Assembly (NCBI GenBank): GCA_016786965.1
Contig: JAEUVL010000010.1
Location: forward strand, 1 to 37,372
Direction of reading: 5' to 3'
Source: Chitinophagaceae bacterium
GTDB taxonomy: Bacteria; Bacteroidota; Bacteroidia; Chitinophagales; Chitinophagaceae
DNA: 37,372 nt
Positions 7,045 through 17,084 of this stretch are shown in pieces (position 1 is the stretch's first letter; the number at the start of each line of letters is the position of its first letter). Made by a program: the position numbers and the translations under genes. The notes beneath the pieces were generated by a model that was given only the letters and a program-made list of their open reading frames with translations, was not told the DNA's origin and did not search any database.

Positions 7045-8895
7045 ATGTGTGGTATTGCCGGCATTATACAATCAAATCCATCCGAATATAGCAAAGTGCA
7101 CCTGAAAAAAATGACGGATGCGCTAGCTCACCGGGGCCCGGACGGAGAGGGAGTCTGGCAAGATGTAGCAGGAAATATTTTGCTTGGTCATCGTCGCCTT
7201 TCTGTTATCGACATCAGCGACGCTGGTAATCAGCCTATGTGCTACCGGGACCGTTATACCATCGTACACAACGGAGAGATTTATAATTACATTGAGCTTA
7301 AGGAATATCTTAGTAAAAAGGGATATACTTTCCATTCGGAAACAGATACTGAGGTGATAGCAGCAGCTTATGATTATTGGAAATACGAATGCGTGAACTA
7401 TTTTGATGGCATGTTTGCTTTTGCCATCTGGGATGAAAAAGAAAAGGAACTTTTTGTGGCAAGAGATCGCTTTGGGGAAAAACCATTTTTTTATTTTTTC
7501 GATGGACGACATTTTCTATTTGCATCAGAAATGAAAGCCCTGTGGGCAGCTGGTGTTGAGAAAACAGCAAATCAAAAAATGCTGTTCAATTTCATCACGA
7601 TCGGGTATACAAATAACCCTTCCCGGCCAGAAGAAACTTTTTACGAAAACATTTATAAGCTTCCTGCAGCATCGTTCCTGAAATTCTCCTCCATCTATTT
7701 TCAATTTTCCATACAGCAATACTGGGACATTGATCTGACAATTCAGGATAATAACATATCAGACCAAAACGCTATTGAAGAGTTTTCGCACCTGCTCACC
7801 ACTGCTGTAAAAAGAAGATCGAGGAGCGATGTACCCCTGGGCACTTCTCTGAGTGGAGGACTTGACAGTTCTGCTATTGCAGCATTGAGCCATGTATTGC
7901 AATCTGACAACGATAGTCATAAATGTTTCACTGCAATCTTCCCGGGTTTTGAAAAGGATGAAACTGTTTTTGCCAAGCAAGTGGCTGAGCAATTCAAGTT
8001 GCAGCAGTTCACTACCAGTATAACCTCCGAAGAATTGATTAGCGACTGGGAAAAACTATGCTATCACCAGGAAGAACCATTTGGCTCTGCCAGTATTTTT
8101 GCTCAGTACAAAGTTTTTTCTTTAGCCAAAGAAAAAAATGTCAAAGTATTATTGGACGGGCAAGGTGCCGATGAAACGCTGGCCGGTTATCATAAGTATT
8201 ACAAATGGTACTGGCAGGAGTTGTTCCGCAATAGGAAGCTCCGGAAAAGTAAAGAACTTTCTGCTGCAAATGAACTCGGTATTACTGAATCGTTCACTTA
8301 TAAAAATAAGATAGCTGCTTATTTTCCTTCGTTTGCCAGCATAGTAATGGAAAGACAATACTTGTTAAAAGCCATCCGACAGGAAGACCTGAACAAAGAT
8401 TTTGTACGATTGCAAAGCAAAGAAGCCTATTATACACCGCCTGAGCATTTTGACCTGAATGGAGTCTTATACTTTAATACCCGCATATATGGCCTGGAAG
8501 AATTACTACGGTATGCCGACAGAAATTCAATGGCGCATGGCAGAGAAGTTCGGCTGCCTTTTCTTTCGCATGAATTAGTGGAGTTTGTTTTTTCCCTGCC
8601 ATCTCATTTTAAGATCCGCAATGGCCGGACCAAATGGCTTTTGCGGGAAACCATGAAAAGCAAGCTGCCGGATGTGATCACCTGGCGCCGGGATAAGGTA
8701 GGCTTTGAGCCCCCTCAAAAGAGCTGGATGCAAACTGTGCCAGTACAGGAAGCTATCCGGGGGGCTAAAAATAAACTGGTAGATGAAAAGGTACTCAAGC
8801 CGGAAGTATTGCATAAATCCATCACTCCTTTACCGGCTCACGAAGCTGATAATTTTGATTGGCGGTATTTGTCTGCTGCCATGCTTTTTAAGTAA
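7045..8895 (+). CDS. asnB: Asparagine synthase (glutamine-hydrolysing) family amidotransferase
   Basis: N-terminal MCGIAG, HRGPD, HNGEIYNY, RDRFGEKP, LSGGLDSS, GQGADE, EVRLPFL. Confidence 0.93.
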   Translation: MCGIAGIIQSNPSEYSKVHLKKMTDALAHRGPDGEGVWQDVAGNILLGHRRLSVIDISDAGNQPMCYRDRYTIVHNGEIYNYIELKEYLSKKGYTFHSETDTEVIAAAYDYWKYECVNYFDGMFAFAIWDEKEKELFVARDRFGEKPFFYFFDGRHFLFASEMKALWAAGVEKTANQKMLFNFITIGYTNNPSRPEETFYENIYKLPAASFLKFSSIYFQFSIQQYWDIDLTIQDNNISDQNAIEEFSHLLTTAVKRRSRSDVPLGTSLSGGLDSSAIAALSHVLQSDNDSHKCFTAIFPGFEKDETVFAKQVAEQFKLQQFTTSITSEELISDWEKLCYHQEEPFGSASIFAQYKVFSLAKEKNVKVLLDGQGADETLAGYHKYYKWYWQELFRNRKLRKSKELSAANELGITESFTYKNKIAAYFPSFASIVMERQYLLKAIRQEDLNKDFVRLQSKEAYYTPPEHFDLNGVLYFNTRIYGLEELLRYADRNSMAHGREVRLPFLSHELVEFVFSLPSHFKIRNGRTKWLLRETMKSKLPDVITWRRDKVGFEPPQKSWMQTVPVQEAIRGAKNKLVDEKVLKPEVLHKSITPLPAHEADNFDWRYLSAAMLFK

Positions 8896-8941
8896 CCTTA
8901 TTTCGCCATCTTTGCATTTTCAGCTTAATAATACAAGAAAA

Positions 8942-10081
8942 ATGAAAGCAGCTACAAAATACATACATGCAGGCATGACGCCTGATCCGAGCACTGGTGC
9001 TATTATGATCCCGATATATCAAACCAGTACATATGTGCAGGAAGCTCCAGCCGTAAATAAGGGATACGAGTATGCCCGCAGCCAGAATCCTACCCGAAAA
9101 GCATTGGAGGATGCATATGCGGTGATTGAAAATGCGCAGTATGCCTTGGCTTTCGGCAGTGGTGTGGCCGCAACAGATGCAGTGATAAAACTGCTATCGC
9201 CAGGCGATGAAGTGATCTGTGGCAATGACATGTACGGAGGGTCTTACCGCTTGTTTACCAAAGTGTTTGAAAAATTTGGTATTAAATTCATCTATGTTGA
9301 TACAACCAATGTCAATAATATCAGCAATGCCGTATCTGATAAAACAAGGCTTTTCTGGATTGAAACGCCTACTAATCCGCTGATGAACATTACAGATATT
9401 GCAGCGGTGGCAGCCATTGCGAAACCCAAAAATATCCTGCTGGCTGTGGATAATACTTTTGCCTCACCTGCACTACAAAATCCATTAGACCTGGGTGCTG
9501 ATATTGTGATGCACTCTGCTACTAAATACCTTGGCGGGCACAGTGATGTAATACAAGGGGCCCTGATGATGAATGATAAGGACCTGCAGGAAAAATTATA
9601 TTTTATCCAAAAAAGCTGCGGTGCTGTTCCCGGACCGATGGATTGCTTCCTGGTACTAAGAGGTATAAAAACATTGGGTATCAGGATGAAAGCTCATTGT
9701 GAAAATGGAAAGACCATTGCTACCTGGCTGCGAAACCATCCTAAAGTAAGTAAAGTGTACTGGCCGGGTTTTGAAGACCATCCTGGTTATGCTGTGGCAA
9801 AAGCACAAATGAAGGACTTTGGCGGTATGATCTCTTTCGAATTAAAGAATGATAGTGTGGACGAGGCTAAACGGGTCTTGTCATCTACACATTTATTTTC
9901 GCTGGCAGAAAGTCTCGGTGGCGTAGAATCTTTGATTAATCATCCAGCCAGTATGACGCATGCCTCGATTCCAAGGGAAGAGCGTATTAAAAATGGGTTG
10001 AGCGATTCATTGATCAGGCTGAGTGTTGGCATTGAGGATGCCGGAGACTTAGTGGAAGACCTGCAAAAAGCTATTGGTTGA
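8942..10081 (+). CDS. Cystathionine gamma-synthase/gamma-lyase family PLP enzyme
   Basis: PIYQTSTY, YARSQNPTR, ETPTNP, DNTFASP, HSATKYLGGHSD (PLP Lys), AESLGGVESL; start placed at ATG 8942. Confidence 0.93.
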   Translation: MKAATKYIHAGMTPDPSTGAIMIPIYQTSTYVQEAPAVNKGYEYARSQNPTRKALEDAYAVIENAQYALAFGSGVAATDAVIKLLSPGDEVICGNDMYGGSYRLFTKVFEKFGIKFIYVDTTNVNNISNAVSDKTRLFWIETPTNPLMNITDIAAVAAIAKPKNILLAVDNTFASPALQNPLDLGADIVMHSATKYLGGHSDVIQGALMMNDKDLQEKLYFIQKSCGAVPGPMDCFLVLRGIKTLGIRMKAHCENGKTIATWLRNHPKVSKVYWPGFEDHPGYAVAKAQMKDFGGMISFELKNDSVDEAKRVLSSTHLFSLAESLGGVESLINHPASMTHASIPREERIKNGLSDSLIRLSVGIEDAGDLVEDLQKAIG

Positions 10082-10842
10082 TGAAAGGAAGCCGGTTAAA
10101 AGATTTTTTAGATACGAAGGTTGATTTATATAATCAACCTTCCTTTATTAAGGACGATCCTGTTTCCATTCCACATTTATATTCTAAAAAGCAGGATATT
10201 GAAATTGCAGGTCTCTTTGCTGCTGTTTTTGCCTGGGGCAACCGAACCACAATCATTAATAAGGCAAAAGAACTGATGCAATTGCTGGACAATGCACCGT
10301 ATGATTTTTGTACACAGCACCAGCCGACCGATCTGAAGCGGCTTACCTCATTCAAGCATCGCACTTTTAACACCACTGATCTTTTGTATTTCATTGAGTT
10401 TTTTCGTCAGCATTATTCAAAACATAGAAGCCTGGAAACTGCTTTTGTCCAACATGGGCGAACAGTGGAGGAAATGCTTACTGGTTTTCATCAATACTTT
10501 TTCTCCTTAGAGCATATTCCGGGCAGAACAAAAAAGCATATTGCCACGCCGGAAAGAAGATCAAGTTGTAAACGCTTGAATATGTTTCTGCGCTGGATGG
10601 TGCGACAGGACGATAAAGGAGTTGACTTTGGTATATGGCAAAAGATATCCCCTGCAATACTCATATGCCCAATAGATCTTCATGTAGCCCGGGTGGCGAA
10701 ACGGTTGAACATTCTGCAACGTAAACAAACCGACTGGGAAGCTGCATTGGAACTAACCAATTATCTGCGAACTTTAGATCCTCAAGATCCGGTGAAATAT
10801 GACTTTGCTTTATTTGGTCTTGGGGTAATGGAAAAATTTTAG
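10081..10842 (+). CDS. TIGR02757/DUF2400 family protein
   Basis: FIKDDPVSIPH, AWGNR, CKRLNMFLRWMVR, VDFGIW, DPVKYDFALFGLG; TGATG overlap with the upstream gene. Confidence 0.88.
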   Translation: MKGSRLKDFLDTKVDLYNQPSFIKDDPVSIPHLYSKKQDIEIAGLFAAVFAWGNRTTIINKAKELMQLLDNAPYDFCTQHQPTDLKRLTSFKHRTFNTTDLLYFIEFFRQHYSKHRSLETAFVQHGRTVEEMLTGFHQYFFSLEHIPGRTKKHIATPERRSSCKRLNMFLRWMVRQDDKGVDFGIWQKISPAILICPIDLHVARVAKRLNILQRKQTDWEAALELTNYLRTLDPQDPVKYDFALFGLGVMEKF

Positions 10843-10848
10843 CTTCTG

Positions 10849-11166
10849 ATGCATACTGACCTGATCCCTGATATTAACCAGTCGCTCGAAATATGCCTGC
10901 CTGCTTCGATTTCCATGACAGAATTAAAAGAGCAACTCACAGCCTACATCAATCATCTTATCAATCATAATTTTGAAAAACTGGTGTACTATCTCTACCG
11001 AATTGATGTGGATGAGAAAAAGATGAGGGGTCTGCTGGAACGAAAAGAAGGAGAAGATGCTGCCGGACTTATCGCCGAACTGATCATAGAAAGACAAGAG
11101 CAGAAAATTCGCAGCCGAAATCAATTTCCGGCTGATGATAATATTCCTGATGAAGAAAAATGGTGA
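10849..11166 (+). CDS. Conserved hypothetical protein
   Basis: 105-aa ORF in operon position; L...LYRIDV.E and LIIERQ.QK pattern. Confidence 0.75.
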   Translation: MHTDLIPDINQSLEICLPASISMTELKEQLTAYINHLINHNFEKLVYYLYRIDVDEKKMRGLLERKEGEDAAGLIAELIIERQEQKIRSRNQFPADDNIPDEEKW

Positions 11167-11170
11167 TATT

Positions 11171-12205
11171 TTAATCCTCCAATGCTTTCCCACCCAGCAA
11201 CTCAGCGTAGGCATCTATTCTATGAAAGAAATAAGCCCTGTCAAAAAGGGCGTCAGCAGATAGTGTGTTTTTAATAATTGAGTCGTTTTTATTTGTCAGC
11301 AGCCGCAGGTGCTTGTTACTCTGTACATATTCATTTGTTTCGTTGATCACCCCTGTTCTTTTCAGTATCTCTCCACCAATATTTAGCAGATTTTTGGCAT
11401 TCAACTCTGTATCGATTCCGTTGATATTCAGGCTGCCTAATTGCAGTACACTGTCAAGTCCCGTTATTTTCGCCAGGTCGCCAATTTTCTTTACATCAGG
11501 AAATACAACTGCAATATCCATGCTGGCGGCATAGCGTTCTGCATCAGGAAATTTTCCTTCCATGTCTTTTACAAAAGCAGCATTACCAGCAGCAGGCGCT
11601 CCAAAAGTGATGAGCTGCAGGTATTTATTCTTTCCGGTTGCTAATTCCTTTTTCAGGTATCCGGCAAAGGGATAGGCAAGATTTCCTCCTAAGCTATGCC
11701 CGGTAATAACAAGGCTTGCATTACCGGGAATCTTTTGCTCTATGAATTCTTTGATAGTTAATCCTGTAGCTGTATCCCGCAATTGTAATAGATTCTGAAA
11801 GCCGATATAAGCCCCTTGGCTGATATGTGCCTCTTTTACAGAATCTGCATAAGGCCAGGCTTTTATCTTAAATATGTTGAAGTCCTGCAGGATAAAATTC
11901 TGAAACCCTTCATTGCTGAATTTCATTACAGATCCACGGATCACCAAGGCATATTGCTCAGTTTTTTTTCTTTTGGCAATGATAGCATAATTACCGCCAA
12001 GGGCCTCTGGCAGAAAAACAACTTCGTAATCCGGTGCATATTTTGCAAATGCCGCTTTGCTATCCCCCTTATACACCAGTTGATTCAGTTGTACCGCTTC
12101 TTTGGCAGAGAGGTAAGGCGGGGCAGTTTCTTCTTTCTTGTTGTAGTTGCAAGCGGCAAGCACAACAATGAAAACCAGAAGCAGATGAAATTGGGCTATT
12201 CTCAT
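11171..12205 (-). CDS. Lipase class 3 family lipoprotein
   Basis: Lipobox LAA-C; VIRGS, ITGHSLGG, TFGAPAAGN, C-terminal His. Confidence 0.85.
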   Translation of the reverse strand: MRIAQFHLLLVFIVVLAACNYNKKEETAPPYLSAKEAVQLNQLVYKGDSKAAFAKYAPDYEVVFLPEALGGNYAIIAKRKKTEQYALVIRGSVMKFSNEGFQNFILQDFNIFKIKAWPYADSVKEAHISQGAYIGFQNLLQLRDTATGLTIKEFIEQKIPGNASLVITGHSLGGNLAYPFAGYLKKELATGKNKYLQLITFGAPAAGNAAFVKDMEGKFPDAERYAASMDIAVVFPDVKKIGDLAKITGLDSVLQLGSLNINGIDTELNAKNLLNIGGEILKRTGVINETNEYVQSNKHLRLLTNKNDSIIKNTLSADALFDRAYFFHRIDAYAELLGGKALED

Positions 12206-12336
12206 ATTATTGTAATAAGTTTCCTGATGTACAAAAGGACTCTATGTAGCCTCATAAGAAACTCAATAGAAGAAAATAACTACATTCAAGATGACAAAAA
12301 GAGCAATAGGATAAATGATATGTTAAGAGACAGAGG

Positions 12337-13008
12337 TTATTTCTCTTTCTTTTCAAACATCAACTCCTTCACTTTCTCTTTATCTTCTTTTTCTTTCTTC
12401 AGGTCGAACATAGTACCGAATACATGGTCCCAGATGGTAGAGCTTACACCATATCCATTATGTTCGTTTTTATAATGATGCAGGTGATGGTTTCTCCACA
12501 GGCCTTTCATCCATTTGAAAGGCGGGTTCCAGGCATGGATAGCATAATGCATGGTGCCATACATAAGGTATCCAAGCAAAAAGCCGGGAAAGAACATAAA
12601 TACATAGGTACCCATAATAAGGTACATGAGACTAAAAAGAGTGGTGGAGATAATTAAGCTTGGCACCGGAGGCATAAATAAGCGTTGCTTATCCCGTGGG
12701 TAATGATGGTGGTTGCCATGCAGAGTGTATACAAACTTGGTAGCTTTTGGTGTTTTGGGAACCCAATGAAAAATAAAACGATGTGCAATGTACTCGAAAA
12801 AGGTCCAGAAGAGCATACCTCCAAAAAAGACAAGCAGGATGGTCTTGGTACTGTAATCGTACTTAGTGGCTGCCAGGTAAATGATATATGACAGTATAGG
12901 AATGTACATACCCCAGATAACCAGGGGATGGGCTTTGGTCAATGCTTCCAGGAAGTCGCTTTTAAATAAGCGAACCTGCCCTTTATTATGAATTTTTTCG
13001 AATTGCAT
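12337..13008 (-). CDS. Fatty acid hydroxylase / sterol desaturase family
   Basis: His boxes HRFIFH, HGNHH, HYAIH, HHLHH; RLFMPP; YGVSS..WD.VFGT. Confidence 0.9.
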   Translation of the reverse strand: MQFEKIHNKGQVRLFKSDFLEALTKAHPLVIWGMYIPILSYIIYLAATKYDYSTKTILLVFFGGMLFWTFFEYIAHRFIFHWVPKTPKATKFVYTLHGNHHHYPRDKQRLFMPPVPSLIISTTLFSLMYLIMGTYVFMFFPGFLLGYLMYGTMHYAIHAWNPPFKWMKGLWRNHHLHHYKNEHNGYGVSSTIWDHVFGTMFDLKKEKEDKEKVKELMFEKKEK

Positions 13009-13174
13009 GGGGCAAAGATATAGAAAACCGGGCTGGCGAAAGCACCGGAGGGGTATAGCTTAATACTGATTTTGATCAAGCCCCTGAAGCCAGCCAATCT
13101 GCTGAAAATGACAAGTTTCTCTAAAAGCGGATGAAGCCAAAATAACTACCTTAGTGGCTCATAATTATATTGAA

Positions 13175-14182
13175 ATGAAATTAGTTACCTACCTGAAAGA
13201 TGAGCATGAACAACTTGGTATTTTGATCAATGATTTTATTTATGATATGGAAGTACTCCACCCGGAGCTGCCCGGTACTATGAGTATGTTTTTGAATTAT
13301 TGGGAAGATAGTTTTCCTATAGCACAGGCCGGTGAATTGTTGCTTAAAGAGGGGACCCGGACGAGCAATAAGGGAATTCCGATAAAAGAGTTACAGTTGC
13401 TGGCGCCTGTTCCATTTCCTACAAGTTGCCGGGATGGATATGCCTTTCGGCAGCATGTGGCGGCCGCCCGCAGAAACAGAAAGGTGGATATGATCACAGA
13501 ATTTGATCAATACCCAATCTTTTATTTCACCAATCATCATAGCATTCAGGGGCCTGGTGAAGTTCAATGTATGCCTGACCATTTTGAAAAGCTGGATTTC
13601 GAATTGGAAGCAGCTGTTGTTATTTGCAAACATGGCAGAAATATTAAAGCGGCAGACGCAGATGCGCATATCGGTGGCCTCATGATCATGAATGATATAA
13701 GTGCCAGAAGATTGCAGATGGAAGAAATGCTGCTGAACCTTGGGCCTGCAAAAGGAAAAGATTTTTCTACCGTTATCGGACCCTGGCTTGTTACGCTGGA
13801 TGAATTGCAGCCTTTTGAAATACCTGCCAAAGAAAATCATACTGGCAAAAGCTGGAACCTTCGTATGCAATGCCGGGTAAATGGCACACAGGTAAGCGAT
13901 GGCAACCTTGGGGATATGGACTGGACCTTTGCAGAAATAATAGAACGGGCATCGTATGGCGTTAATCTTTATCCTGGTGATGTGATCGGCAGTGGTACAG
14001 TAGGTACCGGCTGCTTTTTAGAGCTGAATGGAACCGGCAAACTGAATGATCCCAATTTTACTGAGCAATGGCTGCAGCCAAATGATGTGGTGGAGATGGA
14101 GATCGATGGGCTGGGGATCCTGAGCAACACTATTATAGCTGAAGAAACTGATTATTCTATACTATCTCTGAAAAAGTTATGA
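13175..14182 (+). CDS. Fumarylacetoacetate hydrolase family protein
   Basis: RDGYAFRQH, LDFELE, MNDISAR, KGKDF, PGDVIGSGT; start placed at ATG 13175. Confidence 0.9.
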   Translation: MKLVTYLKDEHEQLGILINDFIYDMEVLHPELPGTMSMFLNYWEDSFPIAQAGELLLKEGTRTSNKGIPIKELQLLAPVPFPTSCRDGYAFRQHVAAARRNRKVDMITEFDQYPIFYFTNHHSIQGPGEVQCMPDHFEKLDFELEAAVVICKHGRNIKAADADAHIGGLMIMNDISARRLQMEEMLLNLGPAKGKDFSTVIGPWLVTLDELQPFEIPAKENHTGKSWNLRMQCRVNGTQVSDGNLGDMDWTFAEIIERASYGVNLYPGDVIGSGTVGTGCFLELNGTGKLNDPNFTEQWLQPNDVVEMEIDGLGILSNTIIAEETDYSILSLKKL

Positions 14183-14293
14183 GCTATAGGGTCCCTTTAT
14201 TTTAAACATGCCTATTAGCTATTTAGAATAAACAACTTTGAATTAGAGGTCAAAAGGAATCTATGCCTATATCTTACAAACTTTAACACTAAT

Positions 14294-15175
14294 ATGGTAC
14301 TAGATTTAACCACTTTATCTCCCGCCGAAAAGCAATACTACCTGCAGCATGTAGTGGCTCCTAGGCCCATTTGTTTTGCCTCTACAATTGATAAAGAGGG
14401 TAGGGTAAACCTCAGCCCTTTCAGCTTTTTCAATTTATTTTCTTCCAACCCGCCTATTGTTGTTTTTTCTCCAGCCCGCAGAGTAAGAGACAACACTACG
14501 AAACACACGCTGCAGAATGTACTGGAAGTGCCTGAAGTTGTTATCAATATTGTGACCTACGATATGGTACAGCAAACATCGTTGGCAAGTTGTGAATTCC
14601 CCAAAGAAGTAAATGAATTCATAAAAGCTGGTTTTACTTCTGAATCTGCAACACTGGTAAAACCACCCATGGTGAAAGAGAGTAAAGTAAAGATGGAATG
14701 CAGGGTGCTAGAAGTGAAACCGTTGGGTACAGAAGGTGGTGCTGGGAACCTCGTCATTTGCGAAGTGCTGAGGATGCATATTGATGACTCATTAGTAGAT
14801 GCCAATAACAAACTTGACCAACGAAAAATAAACCATGTGGCAAGACTCGGAGGAGACTGGTACTGCGTGGTGAACGAAACCAATCTTTTCCAGGTGGAAA
14901 AGCCCAATACCCAACTGGGTATCGGTATTGATGCATTGCCCACGGCCATCCGGTATAGTACGATACTATCTGGTAACAATCTTGGGCAATTGGCCAATGT
15001 GCATGACCTGCCTGTTATTGACCCTTCTTTTGAGGATAATCACCTGAAGCAAATCATTCAATATTATAGTATCAACCCGGAAGAAATGGAACTGGAACTG
15101 CACCGATACGCCAAAAAACTGCTGGATGAAGGCCATGTAAAACAAGCCTGGCAAATACTTTTAGCCACCGCCTGA
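14294..15175 (+). CDS. Flavin reductase family protein (DIM6/NTAB-like)
   Basis: PRPICFAST, NLSPFSFFN, KHTLQNV, MECRV, ARLGGDWY. Confidence 0.9.
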   Translation: MVLDLTTLSPAEKQYYLQHVVAPRPICFASTIDKEGRVNLSPFSFFNLFSSNPPIVVFSPARRVRDNTTKHTLQNVLEVPEVVINIVTYDMVQQTSLASCEFPKEVNEFIKAGFTSESATLVKPPMVKESKVKMECRVLEVKPLGTEGGAGNLVICEVLRMHIDDSLVDANNKLDQRKINHVARLGGDWYCVVNETNLFQVEKPNTQLGIGIDALPTAIRYSTILSGNNLGQLANVHDLPVIDPSFEDNHLKQIIQYYSINPEEMELELHRYAKKLLDEGHVKQAWQILLATA

Positions 15176-15357
15176 TTTTACCTGGGAAAAATGATCCCTT
15201 GCAGTCAGAAAAAAACCAAGCCCTTACAAATCATCAGGTTAAGTGGTGAGATACCGATCTTTCCTGTTGATTTGATCGTCCACATCCTTCCAGACATTAA
15301 ACTTGAAGAAACCCGGATTGTTTTTTATCTTTAGTAAGGGCTGTAAACACCTTTTCT

Positions 15358-16251
15358 ATGCGAACCATCTGCACTTCTTATTTTCTTCTGGCAACGATTT
15401 TTTCCGTTTCATTCTTTTCCTGTGTACCACAACAAAAAGCCACTTCTCACCAGCAGCAACTGGCTGTGCTTGATAGCCAGTTGGAACAGCATAGCCGTAA
15501 ATTAAAAGAGCTGGAAGCAAAGCGCCAGATCAAACAAGATCAAAATGAGATTGATGATACAGCCAGCAACCGGATTAAAAAGTATATTGGTGTTACAACG
15601 ACTGAAATAGATAAATTGGTTGCCCAAAATTCTATTCTTATTGGTACTACAGTGGTGGAGAAAGACGATTGGAATAAATTGAAGAAGGCACTAACACTTT
15701 CACAAAAAACATCAAGGCTGATCAATGATAAGGTGAATTTTATCAACGATCTTATCAACCGAAATATGGTGGTAAAACTGGATCAGGATGTTTTATTTGA
15801 GCCAGGCAAATACACTGTTACACCAACTGTAAGCGATGCGATCGGCAAGTTCTTTGAACCAGCTGCCAGAGAGATCGACCTTTTTACCCAGAAATATCCA
15901 GACTTCCCGTTATCACTGGTCATCACGGCCAAGGGTTATGCCGACGGTACGGCTATTCTGGAGGGCACACCTTTGTACAAAGCGCTGGCCGAGGGAGTAA
16001 AGCTGAGCGGCGCACCCCCGGATAGCAAAGAATTAAACAAAGAATTGTCCAGGAAAAGGGCAGAAGCGGTTATCGAGCTTTTTAAAAAATATACTAAAGA
16101 CCGTTCTACTATGGGCGGCAGCGTAAGAAATATCATGTTCGTTACCGAAGGCAAAGGTGATGCCCTGCCCAATGTTAACATTATTGATTATGTGCTAAAT
16201 GATCCCCGTCGGAGGATCGTATTACTTTTCTGGAGTGTTTTTCCAGAATAA
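15358..16251 (+). CDS. Lipoprotein with coiled coil and OmpA/MotB-like C-terminal domain
   Basis: Lipobox FFS-C; DVLFEPGKY, GYAD, NKELSRKRAEAV, GKGD, RRRIV. Confidence 0.7.
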   Translation: MRTICTSYFLLATIFSVSFFSCVPQQKATSHQQQLAVLDSQLEQHSRKLKELEAKRQIKQDQNEIDDTASNRIKKYIGVTTTEIDKLVAQNSILIGTTVVEKDDWNKLKKALTLSQKTSRLINDKVNFINDLINRNMVVKLDQDVLFEPGKYTVTPTVSDAIGKFFEPAAREIDLFTQKYPDFPLSLVITAKGYADGTAILEGTPLYKALAEGVKLSGAPPDSKELNKELSRKRAEAVIELFKKYTKDRSTMGGSVRNIMFVTEGKGDALPNVNIIDYVLNDPRRRIVLLFWSVFPE

Positions 16252-16253
16252 AA

Positions 16254-16976
16254 TCACTTGCCTCCAAACACTTTCTTCAGAATGTCAGATGTCCTTGCCA
16301 GTGGATTGGACCTGATATTTGCTTCTTCTTTCGCCACCTGGTCAAACAAGGCATCTACTGCTTTGCCAACTACATATGAGGTAAGATCCGGATCTATTTT
16401 TTTAAAAGTGGTGGGTAGTTTGTTGTATGTAGTAACTATATCTCCGTAGTATTTGGTGGCGTTCACTTTTTCAAGCGATGATTTTACTGAAGGAGTAAAA
16501 GCCAGTACCAGTTTTTGTTTAGTTTTCTCTTTAAAATAATTTGTAGCGCCATCTTTTGGTCCCTTGATGATTCCCAGTGCATCTTTCAAAGTCATTTCTT
16601 TGATCGCATCAATAAAGATTGGTTTGGCAAAAGCTACCGCCTCTTCGGCCCCGCGGTTGATGGACAGGATAGCCTTATCCACCTGTGCGCCCATACCAAG
16701 ATTACGTAAGGTTTTTTCTGCCTTCACTGCATCCGGCGGCAGCAGCATCTTATAGATATCACTGCCAAAAAAACCATCTGTCTTATTCAGGTTCAGCACA
16801 GCATTGCCCACCCCCTGCAGCAAGGCTTCTTTTATACCCTGGCCAGCTTCATTTTCGGTAATTCCCGTACCGGAAGAAGACTTCTGGGTAAGAATATTCG
16901 GCAATTTGATCTGGGCTACGGAAGAACTGACCATCAGGCTAAAACAAGCGGCCAGGGCGAGGATACTTTTTTTCAT
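16254..16976 (-). CDS. DUF4197 family secreted protein
   Basis: GIKEAL, DGFF, LLPP, NRGAEEA, AKPIF.DAIK.M, AT.YF, EEANIR.NP.ARTSDILKKVFG. Confidence 0.88.
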   Translation of the reverse strand: MKKSILALAACFSLMVSSSVAQIKLPNILTQKSSSGTGITENEAGQGIKEALLQGVGNAVLNLNKTDGFFGSDIYKMLLPPDAVKAEKTLRNLGMGAQVDKAILSINRGAEEAVAFAKPIFIDAIKEMTLKDALGIIKGPKDGATNYFKEKTKQKLVLAFTPSVKSSLEKVNATKYYGDIVTTYNKLPTTFKKIDPDLTSYVVGKAVDALFDQVAKEEANIRSNPLARTSDILKKVFGGK

Positions 16977-17001
16977 GTAATAAGTTTATCAAACTACTGG
17001 T

Positions 17002-17036
17002 AAAATAACAGCCTTTCTGCCAGTGCAAAAAGGCTG
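17002..17036 (-). terminator. Terminator-like hairpin between the DUF4197 paralogs
   Basis: Minus strand cagcctttttgc-actg-gcagaaaggctg-ttatttt. Confidence 0.65.
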
Positions 17037-17084
17037 CCACTTGTTTTTGACGTTATTTTATACAATTCGTTGCGCTGGCAATTG

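Noticed and set aside
8783-8941. 53-aa N-terminal extension of the cystathionine synthase/lyase ORF
   Set aside because: Overlaps asnB; family-like sequence begins at MKAATK (8942), after an A-rich leader
11816-12475. 219-aa plus-strand ORF
   Set aside because: Antisense to two well-supported genes, no recognisable motifs
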